Assembly: GCA_038279365.1 (NCBI GenBank)
Contig: JAYODI010000085.1
Location: forward strand, 1 to 24,593
DNA from: Candidatus Latescibacterota bacterium
GTDB lineage: Bacteria; Latescibacterota; UBA2968
Direction of reading: 5' to 3'
DNA: 24,593 nt
Shown: one piece after another, positions 1 through 11,804 of the stretch
Layout: each line of letters begins with the position of its first letter
How positions within the stretch are numbered: position 1 is the first letter of the stretch
Made by a program: the position numbers and the translations under genes
The notes under the pieces: model-generated
The model's database searches: none
What the model was told of the DNA's origin: nothing
What the model saw: only the letters and a program-made list of their open reading frames with translations

Positions 1-440
<440 letters not shown>

Positions 441-560
441 TGGAGACCGTATGTGAAGTCACTGACGTTCACATATACTCTGTAAGTCAATGCCAAGTTT
501 TGGCATATGCACGTTATTTGGTTTTTAAGAAAACCAGACTTATATGTCTGGTTTTTTAAC

Positions 561-637
561 GGGTCTATAGCTCAGTTGGTTAGAGCGCGCGCCTGATAAG
601 CGCGAGGTCAGTGGTTCAAATCCACTTAGACCCACCA
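561..637 (+). tRNA. tRNA-Ile(GAT)
   Basis: Cloverleaf GGGTCTA...TAGACCC-A-CCA, anticodon GAT at 595-597, T-loop GGTTCAAATCC, encoded CCA. Standard 16S-23S spacer position. Confidence 0.98.
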
Positions 638-659
638 TATTGATAATTTTACATATTTC

Positions 660-735
660 GGGGATATAGCTCAGCTGGGAGAGCACTGCCTTTGCAAGGC
701 AGGGGTCACCGGTTCGATCCCGGTTATCTCCACCA
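660..735 (+). tRNA. tRNA-Ala(TGC)
   Basis: Acceptor stem GGGGATA/TATCTCC with the G3:U70 Ala identity pair, anticodon TGC at 693-695, GGTTCGATCCC T-arm, encoded CCA. Confidence 0.98.
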
Positions 736-769
736 AAAAAGTTTTATTATTTATACTTTTATATATTTA

Positions 770-798
770 GGGGATTTTTCCCCAGTTGTTCTTTGACA
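770..798 (+). promoter_or_regulatory. rrn spacer antitermination element (boxB hairpin + boxA)
   Basis: Hairpin GGGGA-TTTT-TCCCC (770-783) followed by TGTTCTTTGACA (787-798), matching the boxA consensus TGCTCTTTAACA upstream of 23S. Confidence 0.8.
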
Positions 799-906
799 AT
801 TGAATACGGAAGTAGTGGGAAACAATTTTGTAGTGCCAATTTGTTTTTTCAAGCACAGATTCTCAATCTTGCAGAGCACAAACGTGATCTGCTGAAAACC
901 TGTTTT

Positions 907-3929
<3,023 letters not shown>

Positions 3930-4010
3930 AATTTTTAAACTTGTTTTCAGCAGATTGCGTCTGTGCTTTACAAGAAAATTTACCATCTTCCGTATTCAAT
4001 TTGATATTTT

Positions 4011-4128
4011 TCCTGGTGGCTATGGCAGAGGGGTCACACCTCTTCCCTTTCCGAACAGAGAAGTTAAGCCCTCTTGCGCCGATGGTACTGCTTGGGAAAC
4101 CTTGTGGGAGAGTAGGGCGTTGCCAGGA
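4011..4128 (+). rRNA. rrf: 5S rRNA
   Basis: Terminal stem TCCTGGTGGC/GTTGCCAGGA, conserved CCGAAC, GAAGTTAAG, GCCGATGGTA and GAGAGTAGG motifs, ~118 nt. Confidence 0.97.
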
Positions 4129-4135
4129 ATACTTT

Positions 4136-4173
4136 AAAAGGCCTTGGATCTGAATTGATCCAAGGCCTTTTTT
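4136..4173 (+). terminator. Rho-independent terminator of the rRNA operon
   Basis: AAAAGGCCTTGGATC-TGAATT-GATCCAAGGCCTTTTTT perfect stem with T-tract directly after 5S. Confidence 0.92.
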
Positions 4174-4198
4174 ATGTTGTGTTTGTCCAAAAGATTTC

Positions 4199-4227
4199 TT
4201 GACAAGTTTACCTAATTTGATAATCAT
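4199..4227 (+). promoter_or_regulatory. Putative sigma70 promoter for the EF-G paralog
   Basis: TTGACA (4199-4204), 17-nt spacer, AATCAT (4222-4227). Lies between the rrn terminator and the GTG start. Confidence 0.5.
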
Positions 4228-4342
4228 GCTGTTCAGTATATTCGCTGTTCTGGTGAAATATTACGGGGAAATAAATTTTGAACATCATTTTAAGAACACT
4301 CTCGTTGTAATTTGTGAAGGCTTGTTCGAAGGAGGGTTGACC

Positions 4343-6427
4343 GTGGGCAAATATGCATCCGATAAGATCCGGAATCTTGTATTGGTTGGGCATAGTGGAA
4401 CTGGGAAGACATCTTTGGGGGAAGCGGCTCTTTTTGTCGCTGGTGTTACCAATCGCTTGGGGTCTGTAGACGAAGGGAATACCGTTTCAGATTTTACGGA
4501 GGCAGAGGTAGCACGGAAAATTTCTCTGAGCACATCTTTGTTGCATTGTGATTGGAAGGGCACAAAGTTTAATATGCTTGATGCACCTGGATATGCAGAT
4601 TTTATTGGCGATACAAAAACCGCTATTTGGGCTGCTGATATTGCAGTTACATTGGTCAATGCGACCAATGGTGTGGAAATTGGCACGGATAAGGCTTTTG
4701 GTTTTGCTGAAGAATTTAAGCGTGCCAGCGTTTTTTTTATTAACCATTTAGACAAAGAATTTGCTGACTATGATAAGGCATTGATGGGGCTTCAAGAGCA
4801 TTTTGGAAATGGTGCAGTTCCATTTCAAATACCTGTGGGTGTGGGCGATGGTTTTCATCAAGTTATTGATATATTAAAAATGAAGTTATTTACGTATGGT
4901 GAAAATGGCAAATCCTCTGCGTCAGATATTCCGCAAGCATATCAAGAGCAAGCAGAAAGTTTGCGAGAGCATATGATTGAAAGTGCCGCAGAAAGTGATG
5001 ATGAATTGACCGAGCGGTATTTAGAAGAAGGGTCCTTGACGGAAGAAGAGATTGCACGCGGCCTAAAAATTGGTATGGTCAATCGCACTTTGTTTCCCAT
5101 TTTTTGTGGGGCCGCTCGAAAATGCATGGGTGTTGATGTGTTTTTGGACTTTTTAGTCACATTTGGACCAAGCCCTGTAGATTTGCCATTGCCAGTTGCC
5201 CATAAAGAAGGTTCGGATGAAGATGTTGTGATTTCGCCAACAGACGAAAGCCCATTGGCGATGGTTGTTTTTAAAACGATTTCAGAATCCGTTGGGGATT
5301 TGTCATTTGTGCGGGTTTTTGCTGGAAAGTTGAATTCGGGTGAAGATGTCTTTAATGCCAATAGGCGTGCCACGGAGCGTATTGGGCAAGTTTATTCAAT
5401 GAATGGTGGTAAACGCGAAGAAATGGACGGCATTGGTGCTGGCGATATCGGTGCTTTGATTAAATTGAAAGATACCCATACGGGCAATACATTGTGCAGC
5501 AAGAATGTGCATCTTGAGATTCCACCGGTTGCGTTTCCACATCCTCTTATTCGGGTGGCTGTGGAGCCCAAATCGCGTGGTGACGAAGATAAGATAGGTA
5601 CCGGATTGCAACATATTCACGAAGAAGATCCCAGTTTTTCGTCGCGTTTTGATCCCGAATTGCATCAAATTATAGCAGAAGGCCAAGGTGAATTGCATTT
5701 GACCGTTGTTTTTGACAAATTAAAAAGTAAATATGGGGTCGATGTGGATTTGGTTGTGCCGCGTATTCCCTATCGGGAAACGATTCAAGGCAGTGCGGAA
5801 GGGCATCATCGACACAAAAAGCAAAGTGGTGGACGTGGGCAATTTGGTGATGCTCATTTGCGTTTGAAACCCTTGCAACGTGGCGGTGGTTTTGAGTTTG
5901 TGGATGCCATTGTTGGTGGCGCTATTCCTGGTAAATTTGTTCCTGCCGTTGAAAAGGGGATTGTTGAAACAATGCAACGCGGTATTTTGGCGGGGTATCC
6001 AGTGGTAGATATTGAAGCAACTGTTTTTGATGGTTCATTTCACCCTGTCGATTCATCCGATATGGCCTTTAAAATGGCAGGTGCACATGCTTTTCAAAAA
6101 GCATTTTTAGATGCCAAGCCGATTTTGTTAGAGCCAATTTACAAAGTCAGCGTGACTGTTCCTGATACATTTATGGGTGATGTGATGGGTGATTTAAATG
6201 GACGACGTGGGCGCATCCAGGGCATGGATCCCGATGGCAATTTCCAAGTGATTCACGCAGAGGTCCCTTTGTCCGATTTGTATAAATATTCCACTTCTTT
6301 GCGTTCTATGACACAAGGAACTGGGGATTATGTGATGGCCTTTTCGCATTATGATCCCGTGCCACACGATGTGGCTCAAAAGATAATTGATGCATCAGAG
6401 CACAGTCGTGAATTGGTTGAAGCATAA
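4343..6427 (+). CDS. fusA: Elongation factor G paralog (EF-G2 / EFG II type), 694 aa
   Basis: GTG start with SD GGAGG at 4331-4335. Five-domain EF-G layout: G1 GHSGTGKTS, G3 DAPGYADF, GQGELHL, YRETI, domain IV KKQSGGRGQFG and HPVDSS, LLEPI, DLNGRRG, LRSMTQG. Divergent G-motifs and location outside the rpsL-rpsG-fusA-tuf operon indicate a paralog. Confidence 0.93.
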   Translation: MGKYASDKIRNLVLVGHSGTGKTSLGEAALFVAGVTNRLGSVDEGNTVSDFTEAEVARKISLSTSLLHCDWKGTKFNMLDAPGYADFIGDTKTAIWAADIAVTLVNATNGVEIGTDKAFGFAEEFKRASVFFINHLDKEFADYDKALMGLQEHFGNGAVPFQIPVGVGDGFHQVIDILKMKLFTYGENGKSSASDIPQAYQEQAESLREHMIESAAESDDELTERYLEEGSLTEEEIARGLKIGMVNRTLFPIFCGAARKCMGVDVFLDFLVTFGPSPVDLPLPVAHKEGSDEDVVISPTDESPLAMVVFKTISESVGDLSFVRVFAGKLNSGEDVFNANRRATERIGQVYSMNGGKREEMDGIGAGDIGALIKLKDTHTGNTLCSKNVHLEIPPVAFPHPLIRVAVEPKSRGDEDKIGTGLQHIHEEDPSFSSRFDPELHQIIAEGQGELHLTVVFDKLKSKYGVDVDLVVPRIPYRETIQGSAEGHHRHKKQSGGRGQFGDAHLRLKPLQRGGGFEFVDAIVGGAIPGKFVPAVEKGIVETMQRGILAGYPVVDIEATVFDGSFHPVDSSDMAFKMAGAHAFQKAFLDAKPILLEPIYKVSVTVPDTFMGDVMGDLNGRRGRIQGMDPDGNFQVIHAEVPLSDLYKYSTSLRSMTQGTGDYVMAFSHYDPVPHDVAQKIIDASEHSRELVEA

Positions 6428-6453
6428 TCTGTTTTGTGAATCGATCAAGGTCT

Positions 6454-6485
6454 TGGGGCACGATTTTCGTGCCCCATTTTTATTT
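6454..6485 (+). terminator. Rho-independent terminator after the EF-G paralog
   Basis: TGGGGCACGA-TTT-TCGTGCCCCA perfect 10-bp stem followed by TTTTTATTT. Confidence 0.85.
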
Positions 6486-6495
6486 GAGGATGTGT

Positions 6496-7068
6496 ATGGC
6501 CAAACGCAAGAAAAGTGTCCGTTTTGTTAGTCGTGGAGGGGACAAACTCGATGGTGCATTGGATGTTTTTCAATTGGATGTAACTGGACAAAATGCGGCT
6601 GATTTAGGCGCAAATGTGGGAGGATTTACCGACTGCTTGCTTCAACGAGGTGCCCGTTGTGTTTATTCTGTTGACACGGGGTATGGTGTTTTAGATTGGA
6701 AACTTCGGCAAGATGATCGGGTTGTTGTGATGGAGCGAATGAATGCCCTGCACGTTTCTTTGCCAGAGAAAGTTTTTTTGGTGGTGGTGGATGTGGGCTG
6801 GACGCCTTTGGTTCGTATTGTGCCTGTAGCGTTAAATTTGGTGAGGGCCGATGGGTATGTGGTGGCGCTTTTAAAGCCCCAATACGAGGCCAATGACGAT
6901 GAGTTGCAAAACGGTGTGGTGCTGGCCAATTGTGTTGAACGTGTGGTTGGGCGTGTCGTTGAGGCACTTCAAGATATGGGTATCCAAGTTCTCAAACAAA
7001 CACCATCCTCTGTTGCGGGCAGCGGTGGGAATCAAGAGCATTTGTTGTTGCTAAAACACGCCGTTTAA
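6496..7068 (+). CDS. tlyA: TlyA-family rRNA 2'-O-methyltransferase lacking the N-terminal S4 domain, 190 aa
   Basis: SD GAGGA 6486-6490, ATG 6496. Motifs FVSRGGDKL, DLGANVGGFTDCLLQRGA, VDTGYG, LKPQYE, GNQE (K-D-K-E tetrad of the RrmJ/FtsJ fold). Confidence 0.88.
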   Translation: MAKRKKSVRFVSRGGDKLDGALDVFQLDVTGQNAADLGANVGGFTDCLLQRGARCVYSVDTGYGVLDWKLRQDDRVVVMERMNALHVSLPEKVFLVVVDVGWTPLVRIVPVALNLVRADGYVVALLKPQYEANDDELQNGVVLANCVERVVGRVVEALQDMGIQVLKQTPSSVAGSGGNQEHLLLLKHAV

Positions 7069-7080
7069 AAGACTTTTCTA

Positions 7081-7109
7081 TTGCTCAAATATAGACTTGT
7101 GGCTACATT
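7081..7109 (+). promoter_or_regulatory. Putative sigma70 promoter for yebC-ruvCAB
   Basis: TTGCTC (7081-7086), 17-nt spacer, TACATT (7104-7109) in the AT-rich intergenic region. Confidence 0.55.
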
Positions 7110-7170
7110 ATCAAAGGGTTAGGTCTGTTTTGTATTTTTTAAAATGTATCATTTTGTGAGGTGATTGTTT

Positions 7171-7920
7171 ATGGCTGGGCATTCTAAATGGGCAAATATT
7201 AAACATCGCAAAGGCAAACAAGATGCGGCTCGAGGCAAGACTTTTACGAAGTTGATTCGAGAGATTACTGTTGCAGCACGAGAAGGCGGCGGAGATGAGT
7301 CTACCAACCCACGTTTGCGTTCTGCTGTGTTGGCTGGCAAGGCGGTAAATATGCCAGCGGCAAACATTGAGCGTGCAATTAAAAAAGGGATTGGAGATAT
7401 TGACGGAGAGTCATACGAAGCTGCCATTTATGAAGGATATGGGCCTGGTGGTGTGGCCATGTTTGTCGAAGCATTAACCGATAACAAGAATCGAACAGTT
7501 TCGGAAGTGCGCCATATTTTTAACAAATACAATGGCAATATGGCTGAAAGTGGGGCTGTGGCTTGGGTTTTTGAACAAAAAGGGTTGGTGGTGGTGCCCA
7601 AAGAAGGTGTTGAAGAAGAAGATTTGATGATGATTGCCTTAGAAGCTGGTGCGGAAGACATTTCTGAGGAAGAGTCCACCTTTGAAATTTATACGCCCAT
7701 GTCGGAAACGGATGTTGTGCGCAAAGCCATAGAAGAAGCGGGCATTCCGGTTGAACGAGCGGAATTGACACGTATTCCCCAAAACTCAGTGAATGTTGAA
7801 GGCAAGATTGCACAGCAATTGTTGGTTTTGATGGAGATGCTTGAAGATAATGATGATGTACAGCGTGTTTACGCTAATTTTGACATTGATGATGAAGAGT
7901 TGGCAGCACTCACTGCTTAA
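7171..7920 (+). CDS. yebC: YebC/PmpR (TACO1) family protein, 249 aa
   Basis: Signature MAGHSKWANIKHRKG, NPRLR, YEGYGPGG, TDNKNRT, DDVQRVYAN. SD GAGGTG. Classic position upstream of ruvC. Confidence 0.96.
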   Translation: MAGHSKWANIKHRKGKQDAARGKTFTKLIREITVAAREGGGDESTNPRLRSAVLAGKAVNMPAANIERAIKKGIGDIDGESYEAAIYEGYGPGGVAMFVEALTDNKNRTVSEVRHIFNKYNGNMAESGAVAWVFEQKGLVVVPKEGVEEEDLMMIALEAGAEDISEEESTFEIYTPMSETDVVRKAIEEAGIPVERAELTRIPQNSVNVEGKIAQQLLVLMEMLEDNDDVQRVYANFDIDDEELAALTA

Positions 7921-8006
7921 ATCCTCCCATAAATTCCCCTCAAGTTACCCCAAAACGCACACCAAATTTGCTCCCCCATCCTTTTCGTCTGTGAAAGGTG
8001 GCCTTT

Positions 8007-8639
8007 GTGGTTATTCTGGGAATCGATCCTGGCAGTGTTATCACGGGATATGGTGTCTTGTCACATCAGAACCGTAAAAACAAACTGCTGCGTTGCGGCA
8101 TTATTCGCCCAGAAAAAGATGTATCGTTTTCACAACGCCTGTTGCACATTTACGATCATCTCTTAGAGTTGGTTGCCGATGTTTCGCCCGATGAGGTTGC
8201 CATAGAGTCTGTGTTTTATGGTGCGAATACCCAGTCTCTTATCAAACTGTGTCAGGCGCGTGGTGCCATTTTGACGGCCCTTGCCAATTCCAATTTGCCC
8301 ATTTTTGAATATGCACCCCGCGAGGTCAAAAAAGCTGTGGTTGGTCGAGGGGGGGCATCAAAAGAACAGGTACAGTTTATGATGCAACGCCTGTTTGGAC
8401 AACGTGCTTTGGCTGAGGCATTTGATGCCACAGACGGTGTGGCTATCGCACTGTGCCATGCACATCAAAGGGTTGGATCTTTGGATGTGGGGGGACAAAA
8501 GAACAATTTGGCAGAGAAAATTGAAGCACTCAAACAAGTGCGTCGAAGTGCCAACAGGTTTGAAGAGAAACTGAAAGAGGCAGGTGTGGATGCAAAGGGG
8601 CGGCAGAAGTTGATATTGCCTCCAAAGCGCAATCGTTAA
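8007..8639 (+). CDS. ruvC: Holliday junction resolvase RuvC with C-terminal extension, ~210 aa
   Basis: ILGIDPGS..TGYG, VAIES, QARG, EYAPREVKKAVVGRGGASKEQV, DATD. GTG start at 8007 after SD AAGGTG (alternative GTG 7998). Confidence 0.95.
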   Translation: MVILGIDPGSVITGYGVLSHQNRKNKLLRCGIIRPEKDVSFSQRLLHIYDHLLELVADVSPDEVAIESVFYGANTQSLIKLCQARGAILTALANSNLPIFEYAPREVKKAVVGRGGASKEQVQFMMQRLFGQRALAEAFDATDGVAIALCHAHQRVGSLDVGGQKNNLAEKIEALKQVRRSANRFEEKLKEAGVDAKGRQKLILPPKRNR

Positions 8640-8679
8640 GTTTTTTATGAACCCATAACATGAAGAGATCTGAGTTAAA

Positions 8680-9276
8680 ATGATTGCCTACTTAGATGGT
8701 CGCTTGGCCGAAAAACATCCCACGCATTTTGTGGTTGATGTGGGGGGCGTGGGGTTTCATATTCAGGTGCCATTGTCGAGTTACGAGGCCATTGATGCCG
8801 TAGATGGCAATGTGCGGATTTTAACACATTTGCATGTGCGTGAAGATATCATGGCCTTGTATGGGTTTGCTACGGTTGCCGAACGTGATCTGTTTGAGTT
8901 GTTGATAGGTGTGTCCGGCATTGGCCCACCTATGGCACTCAAAATATTGTCTGGCACGCCCATTGCCGATTTTAAAAGAATGGTTGCCGCAGAAGATTCT
9001 AAGGGATTGACACGCATAAAAGGTGTGGGCCCCAAACTTGCACAACGATTGGTCTTAGAAATTCGAGACAAAATAGATACCATTGCACCTGAAGAATTTC
9101 GCCCCGATGCAATGGGTTCGGCAGATCCTGATATTTTGAATGAGGCCACTGCGGCATTGGCGGGTTTGGGTACCAACCCTGTTCAAGCGCGCAAAGTGGT
9201 TGCGATGGTTTTGCAGGAAATGGGTGGTGAGGCAACCATTGAACAAGTGATCAAAAAAGCGTTAAGAAGCATATAG
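8680..9276 (+). CDS. ruvA: Holliday junction branch migration protein RuvA
   Basis: MIAYLDG, DVGGVGF, HVRED..LYGF, HhH motifs VSGIGP and IKGVGPKLAQR. Confidence 0.97.
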   Translation: MIAYLDGRLAEKHPTHFVVDVGGVGFHIQVPLSSYEAIDAVDGNVRILTHLHVREDIMALYGFATVAERDLFELLIGVSGIGPPMALKILSGTPIADFKRMVAAEDSKGLTRIKGVGPKLAQRLVLEIRDKIDTIAPEEFRPDAMGSADPDILNEATAALAGLGTNPVQARKVVAMVLQEMGGEATIEQVIKKALRSI

Positions 9277-9339
9277 CTGGCCATTTTGTATCTATTGCAA
9301 CTGTTATGTTTGGTATGGGTTTTATAGGGTAATGCTTTT

Positions 9340-10365
9340 ATGAATGACAGAACAAATGATCCCAATCATCAAGATGGGGATGTTCTTGAGTTGGATCAAC
9401 GTCTTCGCCCCATTCGGTTTCAAGATTTTACTGGGCAAGAAAAAGTAAAAGAACATCTGCTTATTGCAGTAGAAGCAGCACGCCATCGTGGGGAGGCAAT
9501 GGATCATGTGTTGTTGCATGGCCCTCCTGGGCTTGGTAAGACCACCTTGGCTTCTGTGATCGCTCATGAATTGGGTGTTGAAGCGCAATTGACTTCAGGG
9601 CCTGTTTTGGAGCGCCCTGCTGATTTGGCTGGTATCTTGACCAACCTCAATGAAAAAGATGTGTTGGTGATTGATGAAATTCATCGTATGAATCGCGTGG
9701 TTGAAGAGCATTTGTATTCTGCCATGGAAGATTTTACTTTGGATATTATGATTGACAGTGGTCCCAGTGCACGGTCGTATCAAATTCCTTTGGAACCGTT
9801 TACTTTGGTGGGCGCAACGACCCGACTGGGTTTGCTTACAGCGCCTATGCGTTCGCGGTTTGGTATTATTGAACGGTTAGATTTTTATACACAAGAGGAA
9901 TTAAAAACGATAGTGATACGTGCTGCAAAGATTTTGGATATTGATGTGGATGAAGATGGGGCCGATGAAATTGCACGCAGGTCACGTGGAACAGCACGCA
10001 TAGCTGGTAGGCAATTGTCGCGTGGGCGCGACTATGCGCAAGCGCGTGCCGATGGTGTAATCACGAAAGATGTGGCCATTCGCGCACTGGAGCTTTTGGG
10101 TGTCGATCAATTGGGGTTGGATGAAATGGATCGTCGGCTTTTGGAAACGCTGATCGATAAATTTGGTGGGGGCCCTGTTGGTTTGAACAATTTGTCGGCT
10201 GCATTGAGCGAAGAAAGTGATACTCTTGAAGAAGTTTATGAGCCTTATTTGATACAGCAAGGCTTTTTGGTGCGTACACCACGGGGGCGGCAAGCCACCG
10301 AAAGAGCTTATTTGCATTTGGGTAAAACGCCACCCGAAGGTGGTGTGCAGAGTTCATTGTTTTAG
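9340..10365 (+). CDS. ruvB: Holliday junction branch migration ATPase RuvB
   Basis: LRP..FTGQ, Walker [10 protein letters not shown], Walker [36 protein letters not shown]. Confidence 0.98.
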   Translation: MNDRTNDPNHQDGDVLELDQRLRPIRFQDFTGQEKVKEHLLIAVEAARHRGEAMDHVLLHGPPGLGKTTLASVIAHELGVEAQLTSGPVLERPADLAGILTNLNEKDVLVIDEIHRMNRVVEEHLYSAMEDFTLDIMIDSGPSARSYQIPLEPFTLVGATTRLGLLTAPMRSRFGIIERLDFYTQEELKTIVIRAAKILDIDVDEDGADEIARRSRGTARIAGRQLSRGRDYAQARADGVITKDVAIRALELLGVDQLGLDEMDRRLLETLIDKFGGGPVGLNNLSAALSEESDTLEEVYEPYLIQQGFLVRTPRGRQATERAYLHLGKTPPEGGVQSSLF

Positions 10366-10386
10366 AATATTTTGGGTGATCTGAAT

Positions 10387-11088
10387 ATGTTGCTTTTAAG
10401 CATTGAAACATCCACACCTGTTTGTGGGGTTGCGCTTGTTGATGATGGTCAGGTTTGTGCCCAATATACTTTAGATTTGGGCATTCATCATTCGACACAT
10501 TTGTTTCCCATGGTCGAGCGTGTTTTGGCAGATCGCCAAGCCGATGTCACAGACTTAGATGGCCTTGCCGTGGCTTCTGGCCCTGGTTCTTTTACGGGTT
10601 TGAGAATTGGGATGGCATCAGCCAAAGCGTTGTGCTTGTCGGCCAATGTACCATTGGTTGGTGTATCGACATTGGCAGGCATGGCGTATTCTATTGGCTG
10701 TGAGGGTATCCCTGTTTGTGCGATGTTGGATGCGCGACGCGATCAAGTATATGCGGGCATTTACGAATGGAAAGAGGAGGCATTTGTTGCATCGGTGCCA
10801 GATTTTGCCGTGAACATCGAAGATTTATTAGACCTTTTGCCGCACCCTGCGTTGTTTATTGGCGATGGCGCGTGGGCGCATCATCATACCATTAAAGCCC
10901 GTTTGGGTAAAAAAGCATATTTTGCAGGACGGGAATTGGGGCGTCCAAATGCGGGTGCGATTGCCTTGTTGGGATGTATTCAGCTTCATCTGGGAAAGCA
11001 GGTCGATATCGATACATTTGAGCCACAATATCTTCGTGCTTCTCAGGCAGAAAAAGTGCTTGAAGCCCGTTTGGCCAAAGAATCATGA
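10387..11088 (+). CDS. tsaB: tRNA threonylcarbamoyladenosine biosynthesis protein TsaB, 233 aa
   Basis: LSIETS, HS..L.P, GPGSFTGLRIG, DARRDQVY, EPQYLR. ATG 10387 after GGGTGA. Confidence 0.95.
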   Translation: MLLLSIETSTPVCGVALVDDGQVCAQYTLDLGIHHSTHLFPMVERVLADRQADVTDLDGLAVASGPGSFTGLRIGMASAKALCLSANVPLVGVSTLAGMAYSIGCEGIPVCAMLDARRDQVYAGIYEWKEEAFVASVPDFAVNIEDLLDLLPHPALFIGDGAWAHHHTIKARLGKKAYFAGRELGRPNAGAIALLGCIQLHLGKQVDIDTFEPQYLRASQAEKVLEARLAKES

Positions 11089-11585
11089 CGGCAGAAGGGG
11101 ACAAAGTTCTGCTTGAGCCTATGCAGATTTGCCATTTGACAGGGGTTGTAGAAATTGAAAGAATGGTGTTTTCCAATCCTTGGCAACACGGGGATTTTAA
11201 ATCTGCGCTTGAGCGTGAAAATGCATATTGTCGTATTGTTGTTGTGGATGGGCAATTATTGGGTTATGTGATAGGTTTTTTTATAAACAAAGAATTTCAT
11301 CTTGCAGATTTTTCGATTCACCCCAACCAGCAACGCAAAGGTTTTGGGCAGCGAGTTTTAGACATCTTATGTAGCGAATTACATGATTTGTCGCAGGTGA
11401 TTTCTTTGGAAGTGCGCATGTCTAATGTGGCAGCACTCGAGCTTTATAAAAAAAATGGCTTTCAAACAATGGCCATTCGGAAAAATTATTATACCCATCC
11501 ACAAGAAGATGCTTTGGTGATGTTAAAACCCTTGCATGGCAAGTTATCCGATTGGATTACGGAAGCATTGTTGGATACATCATAA
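11085..11585 (+). CDS. rimI: Ribosomal-protein alanine N-acetyltransferase RimI (GNAT)
   Basis: IE..FSNPW, QRKGFG acetyl-CoA motif, LEVRMSN..A..LY...GF, RKNYY..EDALVM. ATGA overlap with the tsaB stop. Confidence 0.92.
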   Translation: MTAEGDKVLLEPMQICHLTGVVEIERMVFSNPWQHGDFKSALERENAYCRIVVVDGQLLGYVIGFFINKEFHLADFSIHPNQQRKGFGQRVLDILCSELHDLSQVISLEVRMSNVAALELYKKNGFQTMAIRKNYYTHPQEDALVMLKPLHGKLSDWITEALLDTS

Positions 11586-11599
11586 ATTGGTGAAATTAC

Positions 11600-11628
11600 T
11601 TGACAAATAGTCAAATAACGTGTATCAT
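11600..11628 (+). promoter_or_regulatory. sigma70 promoter upstream of the leader ORF and holB-metG operon
   Basis: Perfect -35 TTGACA (11600-11605), 17-nt spacer, -10 TATCAT (11623-11628). Confidence 0.8.
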
Positions 11629-11678
11629 TTTTGCATCTTTTGGCTGTATTTTCATGTGTATTTAGGAGTATGTTTTTT

Positions 11679-11783
11679 ATGCCAAGCACAATTGACTATA
11701 TGATGCATATGATGATGCCCTTGCATACACCTGTAAGGGCTATGCGTGTTGTTGGCATCCATGTTAGAAAGGTATGTGTATAA
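11679..11783 (+). CDS. Putative Met-rich leader peptide, 34 aa: MPSTIDYMMHMMMPLHTPVRAMRVVGIHVRKVCV
   Basis: SD AGGAG 11664-11668, ATG 11679 (in-frame upstream ATG at 11670), five ATG codons within codons 8-13, TAA at 11781-11783. Lies between a promoter and a terminator. Too short for the supplied ORF track. Confidence 0.7.
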   Translation: MPSTIDYMMHMMMPLHTPVRAMRVVGIHVRKVCV

Positions 11784-11804
11784 ACAGATATTCCGGGCAG
11801 TTTG

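Noticed and set aside
4199-4342. 48-codon N-terminal extension of the EF-G ORF starting at TTG 4199
   Set aside because: That TTG is part of a TTGACA -35 box with no SD. A strong GGAGG precedes GTG 4343, which gives a normal EF-G length.
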